DNA of 64,000 bases, taken from Mobula birostris. Lineage: Eukaryota. The notes beneath the pieces were generated by a model. That model did not search any database. It was not told the DNA's origin and was given only the letters and a program-made list of their open reading frames with translations. This document shows positions 1 to 11,979 of the stretch, one piece after another. Made by a program: the position numbers and the translations under genes. How positions within the stretch are numbered: the first letter of the stretch is position 1; each line of letters begins with the position of its first letter. The stretch is taken from positions 11,869,123 through 11,933,122 of the forward strand of contig NC_092380.1 in assembly GCF_030028105.1 (NCBI RefSeq), in the 5' to 3' direction.

Positions 1-410
1 AATTTTAAGTACTATTTCGTAATTTGTCATTTTCTCACACGTTGAAGCTTAATTCACTGTGGACTCTTAGGACCTTATACAATTCGTAAGCTTAAGGCAG
101 TTAATTAAAATCAAAATGAACGGAAAATGCTTTCTGCGGTAACTGCTGTCTAATTCTAAATATATTTAAACTTCTGCTCCCATTTCATTTTTGTTTCCTT
201 TAAGGATGCCAATTCACTCTATTTCTGGGATAATTCCTTATTTGTTACAGCTCTGGTTTCAGTCTGCTCTCGAAAAGAACAAGTGTATTCAATAGAAACA
301 ACAAATTCAGTCACTCCATTCTTCCCCCGCCACCAATCACAAATAGCATGCTGGTGCTTGCTTGATAACCAAGGCAGAGATGAAAAACTCTCACATAGGA
401 GGTAATGCAC

Positions 411-667
411 TCAGTCAATTGTATTACTGCACCACCTAGGGATAACCAGGTTTCTGATTGCTCTCTCATTCAGACTCTCGAAGGCAAACATACCCACATA
501 GATGCTCAGTTCACTTTCTCTGCCTAACAGCGGTGTTCCATCGCCTTTAGTTTCTGGAACTTCGTGGGAAGTTTCTTCACTGCCAGGATTCAGAATGGCT
601 TCCATCACCTCGTCATCAGCAATTATTTTGTCTATATCCACTTGTTTTTCCTCCTCTTGTGGGATCT
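411..667 (-). CDS. Unnamed acidic protein gene, terminal coding exon 4 (EIPQEEEKQVDIDK...FAFESLNERAIRNLVIPRWCSNTID*)
   Basis: Acceptor ttttttcacatttcag; phase-1 start matches the upstream exon; non-repeat open frame to TGA at 411-413. Confidence 0.7.
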
Positions 668-702
668 CTGAAATGTGAAAAAAGAACATTATATGCTTTC
701 AA

Positions 703-1490
703 TAGGCAATGGGTGCAGGAGTAGGCCATTCAGCCCTTCGAGCCAGCACCGCCATTCACTGTGATCATGGCTGATCGTCCACAATCAGTACCCCATTCCT
801 GCCTTCTCCCCATATCCCTTCAGTCCGCTATCTTTAAGAGCTCTATCTAACTCTTTCTTGAAGGCATCCAGAGAAGTGGCCTCCACTGCCTTATGAGGCA
901 GAGCATTCCACAGAACCACAACCCTCTGTGTGAAAAAGTTTTTCCTCAACTCCGTTCTAAATTGTCTACCCTTTATTCTTAAACTGTGGCCTCTGGTCCT
1001 GGACTCCCCCAACATCGGGAACATGTTTCCTGCCTCTAGCGTGTCCAATCCCTTAATAATCTTATATGTTTCAATCAGATCCCCTCTTATCCTTCTAAAT
1101 TCCAGCGTATACAAGCCCAGTCGCTCCAATCTTTCAACATATGACAGTCCCACCATCCCGGGAATTAACCTCGTGAACCTACGCTGCACTTTCTCAAATT
1201 TGAAGACCAAAATTGTACACGGTATTCCAGGTGTGGTCTCACCAGGGCCCTGTACAACTGCAGAAGGACCTCTTTGCTCCTATACTCAACTCCCCTTGTT
1301 ATGAAGACCAGCATGCCATTAGCTTTCTTTACTGCCTGCTGTACCTGCATGCTTACTTTCAGTGACTGATGAACAAGGACACCCAGATCTAGTTGTACTT
1401 CCCCTTTTCCTAACTTGACACCATTCAGATAGTAATCTGCCTTCCTGTTCTTGCCACCAAAGTATTTATCCACATTAAACTGCATCTGCC
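703..1490 (-). mobile_element. CR1 LINE, 5'-truncated 3' end
   Basis: RPHLEYRVQFWS, RGDLIETYKI and FFTQRVV motifs; closely similar to the 3' part of the CR1 at 42170-44260. Confidence 0.9.
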
Positions 1491-1720
1491 AGCAGCGTTG
1501 AATAGCACCTGGGCTGAATATATAATTACCAGCTTAAAAATAAAGTATATACCAAGAATTCCTCCCTGACTAGTATCAGTGCCTCTCCTTACCTAAGGCA
1601 GGAAGACTATGGGATTTTCTTTTAATTAAGGGAATTAGGGGGAACTTCCTTAATTTCCCTCCGCTTCCCATAAACATTTCTTTAGTTTCAGATGCGATAG
1701 TCAATCTGTAATGTGACATT

Positions 1721-1905
1721 AGGACACAGTGGTATAGTTCGTAGTTCTCCTGCTTCACAATCCCAGCAACCGGAGTTTCAGTCCTGCCCTCTGGTGCTGT
1801 CGGTGTGGAGTCCAAACGCTCACCCTATGGCTTCTTGGGTTGCTCCAGATCGTCCAGGTTCCTCTCACACCTTAAAGACGAGCAGGTTGGTAGGTCAACT
1901 GGCCA
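1721..1905 (+). mobile_element. tRNA-derived V-SINE/HE1-like SINE, decayed
   Basis: V-domain-like gtgtggagt...ttcctctcacaccttaaagacg...ggttggtaggtcaa; related copies at about 5283-5445, 23870-24000(-), 48390-48610(-), 50000-50290, 57095-57230. Confidence 0.6.
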
Positions 1906-1943
1906 GATCATGATTTTCAGCCAAAAATCACACTTCTTCTCAC

Positions 1944-2054
1944 CTTCCTGTTCATCCTTCTGCCCAAGAGCTCCAGAAGCAGATGCCTGGATTTCTTGTG
2001 TCTGTGAATCTCCAGCAGCCTCAGTTTCTTCTTCATTTTCTTCAGTAATTTGGT
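1944..2054 (-). CDS. Unnamed acidic protein gene, exon 3 (DQITEENEEETEAAGDSQTQEIQASASGALGQKDEQE)
   Basis: cttag acceptor, AAG|gtgaga donor; 111 nt, phase 1-1; Glu-rich like exon 4. Confidence 0.65.
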
Positions 2055-2429
2055 CTAAGGTGAGCAAGAATAAAGCATTTTTTTTACAGTGTGCTTTGAA
2101 ACCAGGTTAAGTTAGAATTAATATATATTAAATTAATTGTATCATTGATAAAGATCATGCTGTTACAGAACACTTCCACACTTCATGCATTCCCCAATGT
2201 CATCACTATCAGTGGTAGAGTCACAAGACGAGTACAACAAGAAACATCACATCAGGCTGGACAAAGCAGCCCATTTCATCAGTACACCATCAAGCACCCT
2301 AAACATTCGACTGCTCTGTTTTTGACCAAAGTCCATAAAATGCAATGCACTTAATCACCTACAGGAACACACCTACAGCAACACACTCATGAACTATCAT
2401 TTCAATTACTTTCAATTCCCTGGTCCTGA

Positions 2430-3570
2430 TCACTATGGGCATTCAGTCCCCATACATCAGCAAGGCCTTAATGTTCTCCACTTCTTTCTGGACAACAGAC
2501 CTAACCATTTCCTCTTCAACACCCTCCTCCTCCATCTAGTGGAGCTGGTTCTCACTCAACAATTTCTCCTTCTGCTACTCCCATTCTCTCCAAATTAAAG
2601 GCATGGCCATAGGCACTCACATGGGCCCCAGCTATGCCTGCCGCTTTGTCATCCATGTGAAACAGTCCATGTTCCAAGTCTACACTGGTAATCCTCCCCA
2701 GCTCTTTCTCTGCTACACCAACAACTGCATTGATGCTACTTCCTCCTCCCATGCTGAGCTCGTTAATCCCATCAACTTTGCCTCCAACTTCCAACCTGCC
2801 CACAACCACTTGGCCAGCTATTCTGCACACCATCTTGCCAACCCAAGACCGCCAGCACCAAGACATGGAAGCCAGGTTCATGGTAACAGCAATGACGCTG
2901 CTGATTACTCTCCTCATTTGAGAACGTATCGTCCTTCCTGCACTGTTCATATCCTGAAACTTCCCAGCCAATAGTACAATGGGAGTACTGCAGCAGATCA
3001 AGAAGGTAGCTCACCTTTTCAAGGGCAGATAGTACATGCTGATCTTGCCATGATGCCCATATATGATTAATAAAAGAAACATATACAGTCCTGTAGTTAA
3101 AGACAGACTTTCTCATTAATTGGACAAAGTAAATCCCTTCCTGAATACACAAGAGACTGCAGATTTTGGAATCTGCTACTGAAATGACTCAGCAGTGTGA
3201 GCGACATCTGAGAGAGGAAAGGAATTATCAGATCCCCTTCCCTACCTGGTTCTACCTGCCTTCCATCTCTCCCACAAAGGGTCCCATTATCACCTCTGTA
3301 CTTATCAGACTCCAGCACGTAGCCTTTGTGTCCCTGCTTCAGCCTCCGCCCCCACTCAGCCCTCCTTTCACCTGCTTCCTTCTGTCCACCATTCTTCACC
3401 TCTCCGTGATCCGCCTATCATCTCCTGGCCCCCTTCCCCTTCTCCTTTCTGTGCTGGCTACATTCCCGCCCCACTCTCGGTCCCAATGTAGGGTCGCAGC
3501 CCAGTGCATGGACAACTCTTCTCTCCCCACAGATGCTGCTTGACCCACTCGGTTCCTCCAGCAGTTTGAT
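2430..3570 (+). mobile_element. Penelope-like element fragments (RT at about 2430-2795, 3' pLTR at about 3230-3570)
   Basis: GLNVLHFFLDNRP...LVELVLT and KGMAIGTHMGPSYAC RT motifs; terminal cagatgctgcttgacc...ttcctccagca. Confidence 0.75.
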
Positions 3571-4067
3571 TCATAGTCATGAGAGAAGAGAGGACAGAAA
3601 ATTGCAGAAGACTTATATCACAGCTGAGAATGCAGTCTAGGTTGAATGTAATTCAGAAGTTGGAGAGTGAAGGTGCCAGGTTTTGGATGCTATAACTGAA
3701 ATGCTACGTCCCCTTGATCCAGCAGCACTACTTGAAGAGCAGAAATCCTCGGTGGCATGGTTGGCCTTCTCGAAACAATCAGCATTTAATTTGATTATTA
3801 ATTATTAATTTTCCATTTTTACAGGTTATGCATAAACCCATTGATGGATTTGACAATTTTCCAGCAGGAATTGTGCTTCCAACAATAATATATCATGAAT
3901 ATTACCGGGAGAAAACTATCCACAGGAATCCCTGAACATCCAGAGTAGCAATGATTTTCATTCTCCTTCACTGGAAATGACATTAAACGGTCGCGAATCT
4001 TAAACCTTGAAAGAAATATAATTAGCAAGCCCATTTTTACGACTCCGGGTTTGGACAGCAAACTCAC

Positions 4068-4104
4068 CTTCCTTCAAGTAGTTTTGGTTTGTTCCTGTCT
4101 GCTG
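4068..4104 (-). CDS. Unnamed acidic protein gene, exon 2 (QQTGTNQNYLKE)
   Basis: tttctctctactag acceptor (tandem NAGNAG), AAG|gtgagt donor; 37 nt, phase 0-1. Confidence 0.55.
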
Positions 4105-4340
4105 CTAGTAGAGAGAAACAAAAATGAACATGTCAGAGGACTAGGACACTACAGATATAAAAAGCTTCCAGTTCATTGGTGTCTTGACCATTGCAATAGC
4201 CAGCCTCAGCACACTTCTGAAGGTGTGTTGAATTTATAAAACAGAAAGAAAACTTCTAGAGAAACTCAGCAGATCAAGAAGCATTTGTAAGGACATCCCT
4301 TTGATCACGTCCTTATATGGAGTCTCAACCTGAAACACTG

Positions 4341-4820
4341 AATCAGAATCAGGTTTAATATCACCAGTATATGTCACAAAATTTGTGGCAGCAGTACAAT
4401 GCAGTACATAATAATAGAGAAAATTGTGAATTACAGTAAGTATATATACATTGGTTAAATGAAATAAGTAGTGTAAAATAAGAGATAAAAAAATAATGAG
4501 GTAGTGTCCAAGGGTTCAATGTCCATTTAGGAATCAGATGGCTGTGGGGGGAAGAAGCTGTTCCTGAATCACTGAGTGTGTGCCTTCAGGCTTCTGTACC
4601 TCCTTCCTGATGGTAGCAATGAGAACAGGGCGTGATCTGTGTGATGGGGTCCTTAATGATGAATGCCACCTTTATGAGGCATCACTCCTTGCAAACGTCC
4701 TGGATACTACGGAGGCTAGTGCCCATGATAGAGCTGACTACGTTAACAACTCTCGACAGTTTATTTTGATCCTGTGCTGTAGCTACCCCACCACCCCACC
4801 CCACCCTGCCAGATAGTGAT
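4341..4820 (-). mobile_element. Rex1/Babar-type LINE 3' fragment
   Basis: Reverse strand encodes FSLLPSGRRYRSLKAH; (gaatca) tail. Confidence 0.75.
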
Positions 4821-5730
4821 GGTCAACTCTTTGCCTCCACAGTTGCTGCTTGACATGCTGAGTTCCTCCCTTAGTTTGTATTTTGATCCAAATTCCAGGA
4901 TCTTTTGTCTTCTGTGTCTCCTCATTTATTTCTGAATCCTTTTGTGCCTCCCGTCTAGTCCTGAGTCACTTTCTCGGCACACTATGCACTATGCTCCCAA
5001 ATCTCCAATTGTTGTACTAATTCCAGAATTGTTCTAGTTCATTTATATTCTCTCCCCTTCATATTCATCTCTATTAAATTTCATCTGCAAATTACTTGCC
5101 TGTTCCACCAGCTTGCCTATACCTCTGTGAAATTTATTATTATCCCCAGAGTTCATAGTTTTCCAAATTTGGAAAATGTGAGGTTGTTAAATATCTGCAG
5201 AGAGGGTGGTAGGGTGGGACTAATTAGTTTGGGTCACGTAGTGTGAAATCATTGGACCACATGGCACTTGTTCCACGCTGCTACAGCTGTTGATATAGAG
5301 CTGCTGCCACACAGCTCCAGTGCTCCAGGTTCAATCCTGAGCTGTGATGCTGTCTGTGTGGAGTTTGCAGGAGTTTCCTCCAGGTTTTCCCGTTTCCTTC
5401 TACATCCCAAAAATGTGCGAGTTGGTAGATTGGCCCCTTGTGTGAAGGTGAATGACAAAAGTAGAATTGGAACTGGAAAAGGTTTACTATTGTCACGTGT
5501 ACCATAGAAACAAATCCTTCGGCCCATTATGTCTGCATCTACCATGATGCCAAATTACAATAAATCTGTTTAGCTGCACGATCCACATCACTCCATTCTC
5601 TGCACGTTCACGTGTCTTTCCAAATGCCTCCTAAACACCATTATGATCCCATCCACACCCAGGAAGCGCATTGAGGCATATACATTCTCCGTGTAAAATA
5701 CACACCTTAGAGCTATGCGCTCTTGCATTT

Positions 5731-6246
5731 AAGCAACACACATCAAAGTTGCTGGTGAACGCAGCAGGCCAGGCAGCATCTCTAGGAAGAGGTACAGTCG
5801 ACGTTTCAGGCCGAAACCCTTCATCAGGACTAACTGAAGGAAGAGCTAGTAAGAGATTTGAAAGTGGGAGGGGGAGGGGGAGATCCGAAATGATAGGAGA
5901 AGACGGGAGGGGGAGGGATGGAGCCAAGAGCTGGACAGTTGATTGGCAAAAGGGATATGAGAGGATCATGGGACAGGAGGCCCAGGGAGAAGGAAAAGGG
6001 GGAGGGCAGAAAAACCCAGAGGATGGGCAAGGGGTACAGTCAGAGGGACAGAGGGAGAAAAAGGAGAGAGAGAGAAAGAATGTGTGTGTATAAACAAATA
6101 ACAGATGGGGTACGAGGGGGAGGTGGGGTATTAGCGGAAGTTAGAGAAGTCAATGTTCATGCCATCAGGTTGGAGGCTACCCAGACGGAATACAAGGTGT
6201 TGTCATCAGATTGGAGGCTACCCAGGCATTCCCAGACATGGCTACC
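5731..6246 (-). mobile_element. Penelope 3' fragment: GIY-YIG C-terminus plus pLTR with hammerhead
   Basis: QHLVFRLGSLQPDGMNIDFSNFR* at 6131-6202; 11-bp TSD ctcttgcattt at 5720-5730 and 6247-6257. Confidence 0.85.
5796..5831 (-). ncRNA. Minimal type-I hammerhead ribozyme (Penelope pLTR)
   Basis: agtc-CTGATGA-agggtttcggcct-GAAA-cg-tc-gact; helix I agtc/gact; GUC cleavage triplet. Confidence 0.8.
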
Positions 6247-6298
6247 CTCTTGCATTTGACATTTTTACCCTGAGAAAACAACTCTACCACCTCGTCAA

Positions 6299-6547
6299 CA
6301 TACACAAAATGCTGGAGGAACTCAGCAGGCCAGGCGGCATCAATGGAAAAGAGTCTCGTCGACGTTTCGAGTTCCGCCAGCATTTTGTGTTGAGTCCTGA
6401 CGAAGGGTCTCGGCCTGAAACGTCAACTGCACCTCTTTCTACAGATGCTGCCTGGCCTGCTGCGTTCACCAGCAACTTTGATGTGTGTTGCTTTTGTGCG
6501 CATTGCTCGGATTTCTAGCATCTGCAGATTTTCTCTTTGTGATTTGA
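6299..6547 (+). mobile_element. Short Penelope-derived insertion (inverted plus direct pLTR)
   Basis: 15-bp TSD with 1 mismatch, ctacc(a/c)cctcgtcaa, at 6284-6298 and 6548-6562. Confidence 0.8.
6393..6428 (+). ncRNA. Minimal type-I hammerhead ribozyme
   Basis: agtc-CTGACGA-agggtctcggcct-GAAA-cgtc-aact; one mismatch in helix I. Confidence 0.7.
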
Positions 6548-7160
6548 CTACCCCCTCGTCAATGCCTCATGATTTTATATACTTATACCAGTCCGTCCCT
6601 TAGTCAAGAGGAATTATTAAGAATATATGGAAAATAAACAGAGATCAGTCCAGGATTAGGGCGTTTTATGGCCGAACGGGACTCAAGGGACCGAAGCGCC
6701 TGTTTCCGAATGAAATAGAACTGGTCCAGATCGCCAATCAGAGTACGAAATCTCATGTCAATCATAATTAAGACCCAATGGCTATTAAGAAAGGGTGGGA
6801 TTACTTTGACTAACATGTTCATAAACCAATAGCTGAGTTCTTAGGGCGGGATCTCAACCAGGGTCTCGTTAAGCTTGTAAATAAGGCGCAGATTTGATGA
6901 TGGAGACACCAGATGCTGAAATCGGATCAACATAGAACCTGCCGGGGGTACGAAGTGGGTTGAACAGCATCTGTTGGGGAAGAAGATTTGACGACATTCC
7001 GGGTCGAAACCCTGCAACAGGACCGATTTGACTATACCTGTTAGATCGAAGTTTGGATAAAAAGTTGGAATCGTTAATTTGTAATCGGAACTACTTTAGT
7101 TTTCGTCTGAAAGAATTATCGAGATTAAAACTCAGTAAACTGCGCGCAACTCATATTTAC

Positions 7161-7178
7161 CTCACTTAACTTCACCAT
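7161..7178 (-). CDS. Unnamed acidic protein gene, first coding exon (MVKLSE)
   Basis: Strong Kozak gccaacATGG; GAG|gtaaat donor; small CpG-containing unique patch. Confidence 0.55.
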
Positions 7179-7190
7179 GTTGGCGTTTCA

Positions 7191-7204
7191 GTTGCTATGG
7201 TGAT
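7191..7204. promoter_or_regulatory. RFX X-box-like motif GTTGCTATGGTGAT
   Basis: Close to the X-box consensus GTTNCYATGGNAAC; lies ~13 nt upstream of the candidate ATG. Confidence 0.5.
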
Positions 7205-7269
7205 CCCAGCGGTCACCGCGGCACTACGATCCTGGATTTAAAGGGACCGGCACCAGGATGTTCTCAAAA

Positions 7270-8000
7270 GTTCAACGCAAATTTAATATCAAAGTATTGA
7301 TATGTCACCATATGTAACCCTGAGATTCATTTTCTTGCGGACATACTCAATAATTCCAATAACCATAACAGAATTATTGACGCAAACACGAGGAAATCTG
7401 CAGATGCTGGAATTTCAAGCAACACACATACATTCATTCATTCGTCTCGGCCTGAAACATCGACTGTACCTCTTCCTAGAGATGCTGCCTGGCCTGCTGC
7501 ATTCACCAACAACTTTTATGTGTGTTGCCAGAATTATTGAAAGATCACACCAACTGGGCGTACAACCAGCACGCAAAAGACAATAAACTGTGCAAGTATA
7601 AAAATAACAATAAATAAATAAATAAGCAATAAATATCGAGAACATGAGATGAAGGGTCCTTGGAAGTGAGTCTGTAGGTGGTGGGAACATTTCAATGATG
7701 GGGTAAGTGATGTTGAGTGAAGTTATCCCCTTTGGTTCAAGAGCCCGATGGTTGAGAGGCAGTAACTGTTCCTGAACCTGATGATGTGAGTCCGGAGGCT
7801 CCTGTACCTTTTTTCCCTGATGGCAGCAACGAGAAGAGAGTATCATCTGGGTGGTTGTTGTGGAGGGGGGTGGGGTTCCTTGATGATGAATGCTGCTTTC
7901 TTGCAACAATGCCCTGTATAGATGCGTTCAATAGTGGGGAGGACTTTACCTGTGATGTACTGGGCCGTATCCACTACTTTTAGTAGGAACTTCTAATCAA
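7270..8000 (-). mobile_element. Rex1/Babar LINE 3' fragment with a nested Penelope-derived insert (7381-7528)
   Basis: LFSLLPSG on the minus strand; nested insert has a 12-bp TSD cagaattattga. Confidence 0.75.
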
Positions 8001-8019
8001 AGTATCGTGGGGGGGAACG

Positions 8020-9680
8020 ATTGCTGGGAAGGAAGTTATCAACCAGTTAGCCTACCACTAGTGTTAGAAATCTAAGATAAAGGATATTGTAACAGAATAC
8101 CTTAGAATGAAAGAACAATATATTTATGTGAAGAAAATGTTTTCTAACCTGCTGGATTTCTTTTAAAAAAATGTAACCAACGGATCAAGGGAAATAAGTG
8201 GATGTTTCTCATTTAGATTTTAGGAAAAAGGTTAGAATAAGTTTCACATAGATTGCTCAACAAGGGTAGATCATGTGGATTAAGAATTGGTAATCAGAAA
8301 ACGAAAATGAGGAATCAATAGATTCCCAGCTTGGCAGGCTATGACTAGTGGGGTGCCACATGGATCGTTGCTTGGGACCCAGTTATTCACAGTCTCTATC
8401 AACAGTTGGGCTGAAGGATTAAATGTCATATCTGCAATAAAAGTGTATAGTTCAGATTTTCAACATGTTTTTTTTTAATTTTCATCTCATATTTCAAGTT
8501 AGCTTACAGTAATAAACCAGGGAGAGGATTAAAGACCCTTCAATAGATGTGGACAAGCAGAAAGAGTGAGTGAGAACATAACAGGCAAATATAATGTGCA
8601 AAAGTTTATGGAGTCTGCTTTGTAGATAATGGAAAACCCGAGAATTTGTGAAATGGTAGAGATTATGTAGCATTGATGTTCAAAGGGACCTTTGCATGGT
8701 AAAAGACTAATCTAAAGACTAACATGCAGTTACTATGATTAAGAGCACAAATGGTATATTAACCTTTATTGCCAAAGGAATTGAATACAGAAGTAAGGAT
8801 ACCTTATTGCAATTGCATAAGGCCATGGTGAGACCAGCCTTGTGTACAACTGTTCTCCTTACCCAAGGATATATTTGCCATAGCCATGTTAAGGTGTCTA
8901 AAAAGGGTTATGGAATGAAATGGGCTGTATCCACTACTTTTTATAGGATTTTTTGTACAAGGACATTTGTGTTTCCACATCAGACCATGATGCAACCAGT
9001 CAATATGCAGTCCACCACTCATCTGTAGAAGTTTGCCAAAGTTTTAGATATCATGCCCAATCTTCATAAACTTTTAAGTAGAGACAATGCTGTTCTTCCT
9101 TCATAATGGCACTTACAGGCTGGACCCAGAACAGATTCTCTGAAATGATAACACTGAGAAATTTAAAGTTGCTGACTCTCAACTTCTGACCCCCTGCTGA
9201 GGACTGGCTCATGGACCTCCAGTTTCCTCCTCCTCAAGTTAATAATCATTTCTTTGGTCTTGCTGACCAGTATATTTATTTTGTGTGATTTTCATACAAG
9301 GCCAAGACAATGCATACTGCGTTTAAACAAAGCTCCACAATTTTCAAAACAAATTGTTAAAAGCAGTTAAAACACCCAAATTGGATGTGAAGGAAGGCAG
9401 ATTGCTATTTCAATTAAACCTTTCACAATTCTTCCAAGATATCCCTGTGCACTTCAGCCTCTCAAGTAATTAGTGGAACGTATTACCACAGGCAGCTGTG
9501 AAGGCCAGGTCATTGAGTGTATTTAAGACAGAACTTGATAGGTTCTTGATTGGACATGGCATCAAAGGTTACGGGGAGGCCAGGGAGTGGGGCTGGGGCA
9601 TGGAGGATCAGCCATGATTGAATGACAAGGCAGATTCAATGGACCAAATGGCCCAATTCTGCTCCTCTGTTCTATGGTCT
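8020..9680 (+). mobile_element. Old degenerate CR1, interrupted by a minus-strand Rex1 fragment (about 8900-9270)
   Basis: Decayed tSGVP.GS.LGP and GIEYRSKDTLLQL; CR1 3' UTR at 9475-9680. Confidence 0.65.
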
Positions 9681-10076
9681 TAAGCACTTTGTATGCAAGT
9701 CTTTGTTGTCATGTAGGAAATGTGGCTGCCAATTAGGCAGGATTTTTAGTAGCACTGAGTGAAGAATAAATATTGGCCAAGCCTCAGTTTAAAATCTCGT
9801 CTAAAGGATGGTGCCAGCAACAGTCCATTTCATTTTGTCAGTCTGGAGCTTCTCTATCCCTGGATTGAAGCTTGAACCCTTCAGATGTTGATTAGTGTAC
9901 TCAACACAGATAGTAATAACTTAGCTTATGAACAAACACTCGTTTCTCCTTTAGGACAGATGTGTACTGTGAAGTGGCAAAATTGGTATAATATTCCTCA
10001 TTTTAAGCAAAATAAAAACAAGAGATCTATTAATTGAACCAATTCTATTTACTCCATCCGGTAGAACACAAAACAA

Positions 10077-10132
10077 AAGGATCAAACAATACAATAATTC
10101 ACCTCAATAAGGATCAAACAATACAATAATTC
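10077..10132. repeat. 24-bp direct duplication
   Basis: aaggatcaaacaatacaataattc at 10077-10100 and 10109-10132. Confidence 0.9.
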
Positions 10133-10722
10133 TTAAAACTGCAGTGCTTTCTGATTAGGTCCTTGGATTATTTGATTGAAATTGAGTTTCCACCCATTTC
10201 CAAAATGTGTAAATAGGAAACTTATTGAAGTTTTATGCAACATTGGGATAAAGCAGGTAATGCTTACAGAGTGTTTAGAAAGCTATCACTGTAGGCTGAA
10301 ATACTGGTGGTTATAGGTCCACCCTTACATGATGTTGATGATATAGAAGAATAGCATTCATTCATCAACATTCAATAATTTACCCCAGAATGCATTAGAA
10401 CACTAGATATGGATAATGACAACAGACAAGTACAGGGATGCCTTTAGAAATCCATGCCCTACATTAATGCAATGCAGATGTGAAATCATGTGGAAAAAAG
10501 TTTTATAGTTTGGATGAGCTCCAGAGCAATTGTAACAAATATGCCAATAAAAGTTCGATCTTGTTGTTCCTTTTTGCACCTTGTGACACTTTGGGCAGCT
10601 GTTCTCATTTCCTTAGCATTTGTCTTTTTTTTAAAAACAAGGCTGAGTTGCTACCTTAACACTCAACCCAGCACAGATGGAAAGCATGCAAGGAGCCAGC
10701 CAGATTCGAGCCTAAGACCACT

Positions 10723-10873
10723 CACAACACGCTGGAGGAACTCAGCAGGTCGGGCAGCATCCGTGGAAACGTCGACTCATCGTTTCCATGGATGCTGCCC
10801 GACCTGCTGAGTTCCTCCAGCGTGTTGTGAGTGTTGCTTTGACCCCAGAATCTGCAGAGTATTTTGTGTTTAC
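10723..10873. mobile_element. Penelope-derived fold-back mini-insertion
   Basis: ~48-bp near-perfect inverted arms; 20-bp TSD gattcgagcctaagaccact at 10703-10722 and 10874-10893. Confidence 0.85.
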
Positions 10874-11871
10874 GATTCGAGCCTAAGACCACTGGCCTCG
10901 AAGTCCAGTGCTGATGCCACTACACTACCAGTTGGCTGGAAGTTTGATCTAGGACACTGATTTCAAGGTTCTCATTTCCAAAATGTCCCTTAAAATGTCT
11001 TCCTTTTCCACAGAAAGGCTTAATAAAACTAAACATTTTTAACATTACATTGCACATTTGCAAAAGATGAATTATCAAGCTTTTTTTTCCTCCAATCAAT
11101 TTCCAAGAAATTCATTAAGGGATGTGAAGAATTTTTACATGCAACCAGAGTGATCAGTGGAACCACTTTTTATCAGTCCTGTCGAAGTTCTGCCTCTGTA
11201 TACACCAGTACTGATACAGTACCAAAATTATTCATGTAAAATAGAAAGATAGGGAGTAAAGCATTCACTAAAAGGAAGACTGGGCAGAGATACTACTGAG
11301 GGCTATATGTACAGACACCCACAACACAAAAAAGGGAATATTTTTTGATAATAGTTTCAGTAGACATCAATGGGAGAATGACCTCTCTTCACCCTGCCCA
11401 CAAGCTTAGTAACTGTAGCAATTCAGTTGAGCTAAGAATACGGAAGGGACTTACAACGGCTAATGCATGACCTCTGATACCCAATTTGCTCCAAACTTTT
11501 TTTTAAATTCACCAATCCAAAACTATTTTCTCTGTTAGTGCTAAAGGTTGAAACTCTTACTGTTGGAGACTCCCGTGTTTAAATTATACACAAATGAAAA
11601 TGATATTTTCTCCAACATTTCCTGCAAAATGTCTCTATAAATCATTACCCCTTATGGTCGAAGCAGTTATTTTTTAATTTAGGTTTTGATAACGCTTGCA
11701 AGCATGCCACAAGTCTAATCTTTAGCCACAGTGTTTGAAAGCTCACGAGTAAGGGTCTGTTCTCAGCTGCAAAATTCCTAACCACAAAGGTTATAGGGTT
11801 GGGTTACATCATATGAATAACAATTTTATAAATCAGTGTTTTCACGTGAACATTTATGTTACAGAAATGTA

Positions 11872-11877
11872 TTTATT
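11872..11877 (-). terminator. Candidate proximal poly(A) signal of WBP11
   Basis: AATAAA on the minus strand about 100 nt after the stop codon. Confidence 0.45.
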
Positions 11878-11979
11878 TTTTTTTAAAAAGCAAACTTGGG
11901 ATGCATTGAGACATTAATCTCAAAGAACACTGCTGAAAGGTTGGTAATCTAGGATCAGGAGGGACCAAGTCTGAGTTAG

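Noticed and set aside
3824-3934. Plus-strand acceptor followed by a short frame VMHKPIDGFDNF...
   Set aside because: No supporting upstream exons or recognisable homology in the window
3015-3970. Extra candidate exons for the unnamed gene (3906-3970 and 3015-3090) with plausible splice sites
   Set aside because: Their phases do not connect to the phase-1 acidic exon without a stop or frameshift; they remain possible only in alternative models
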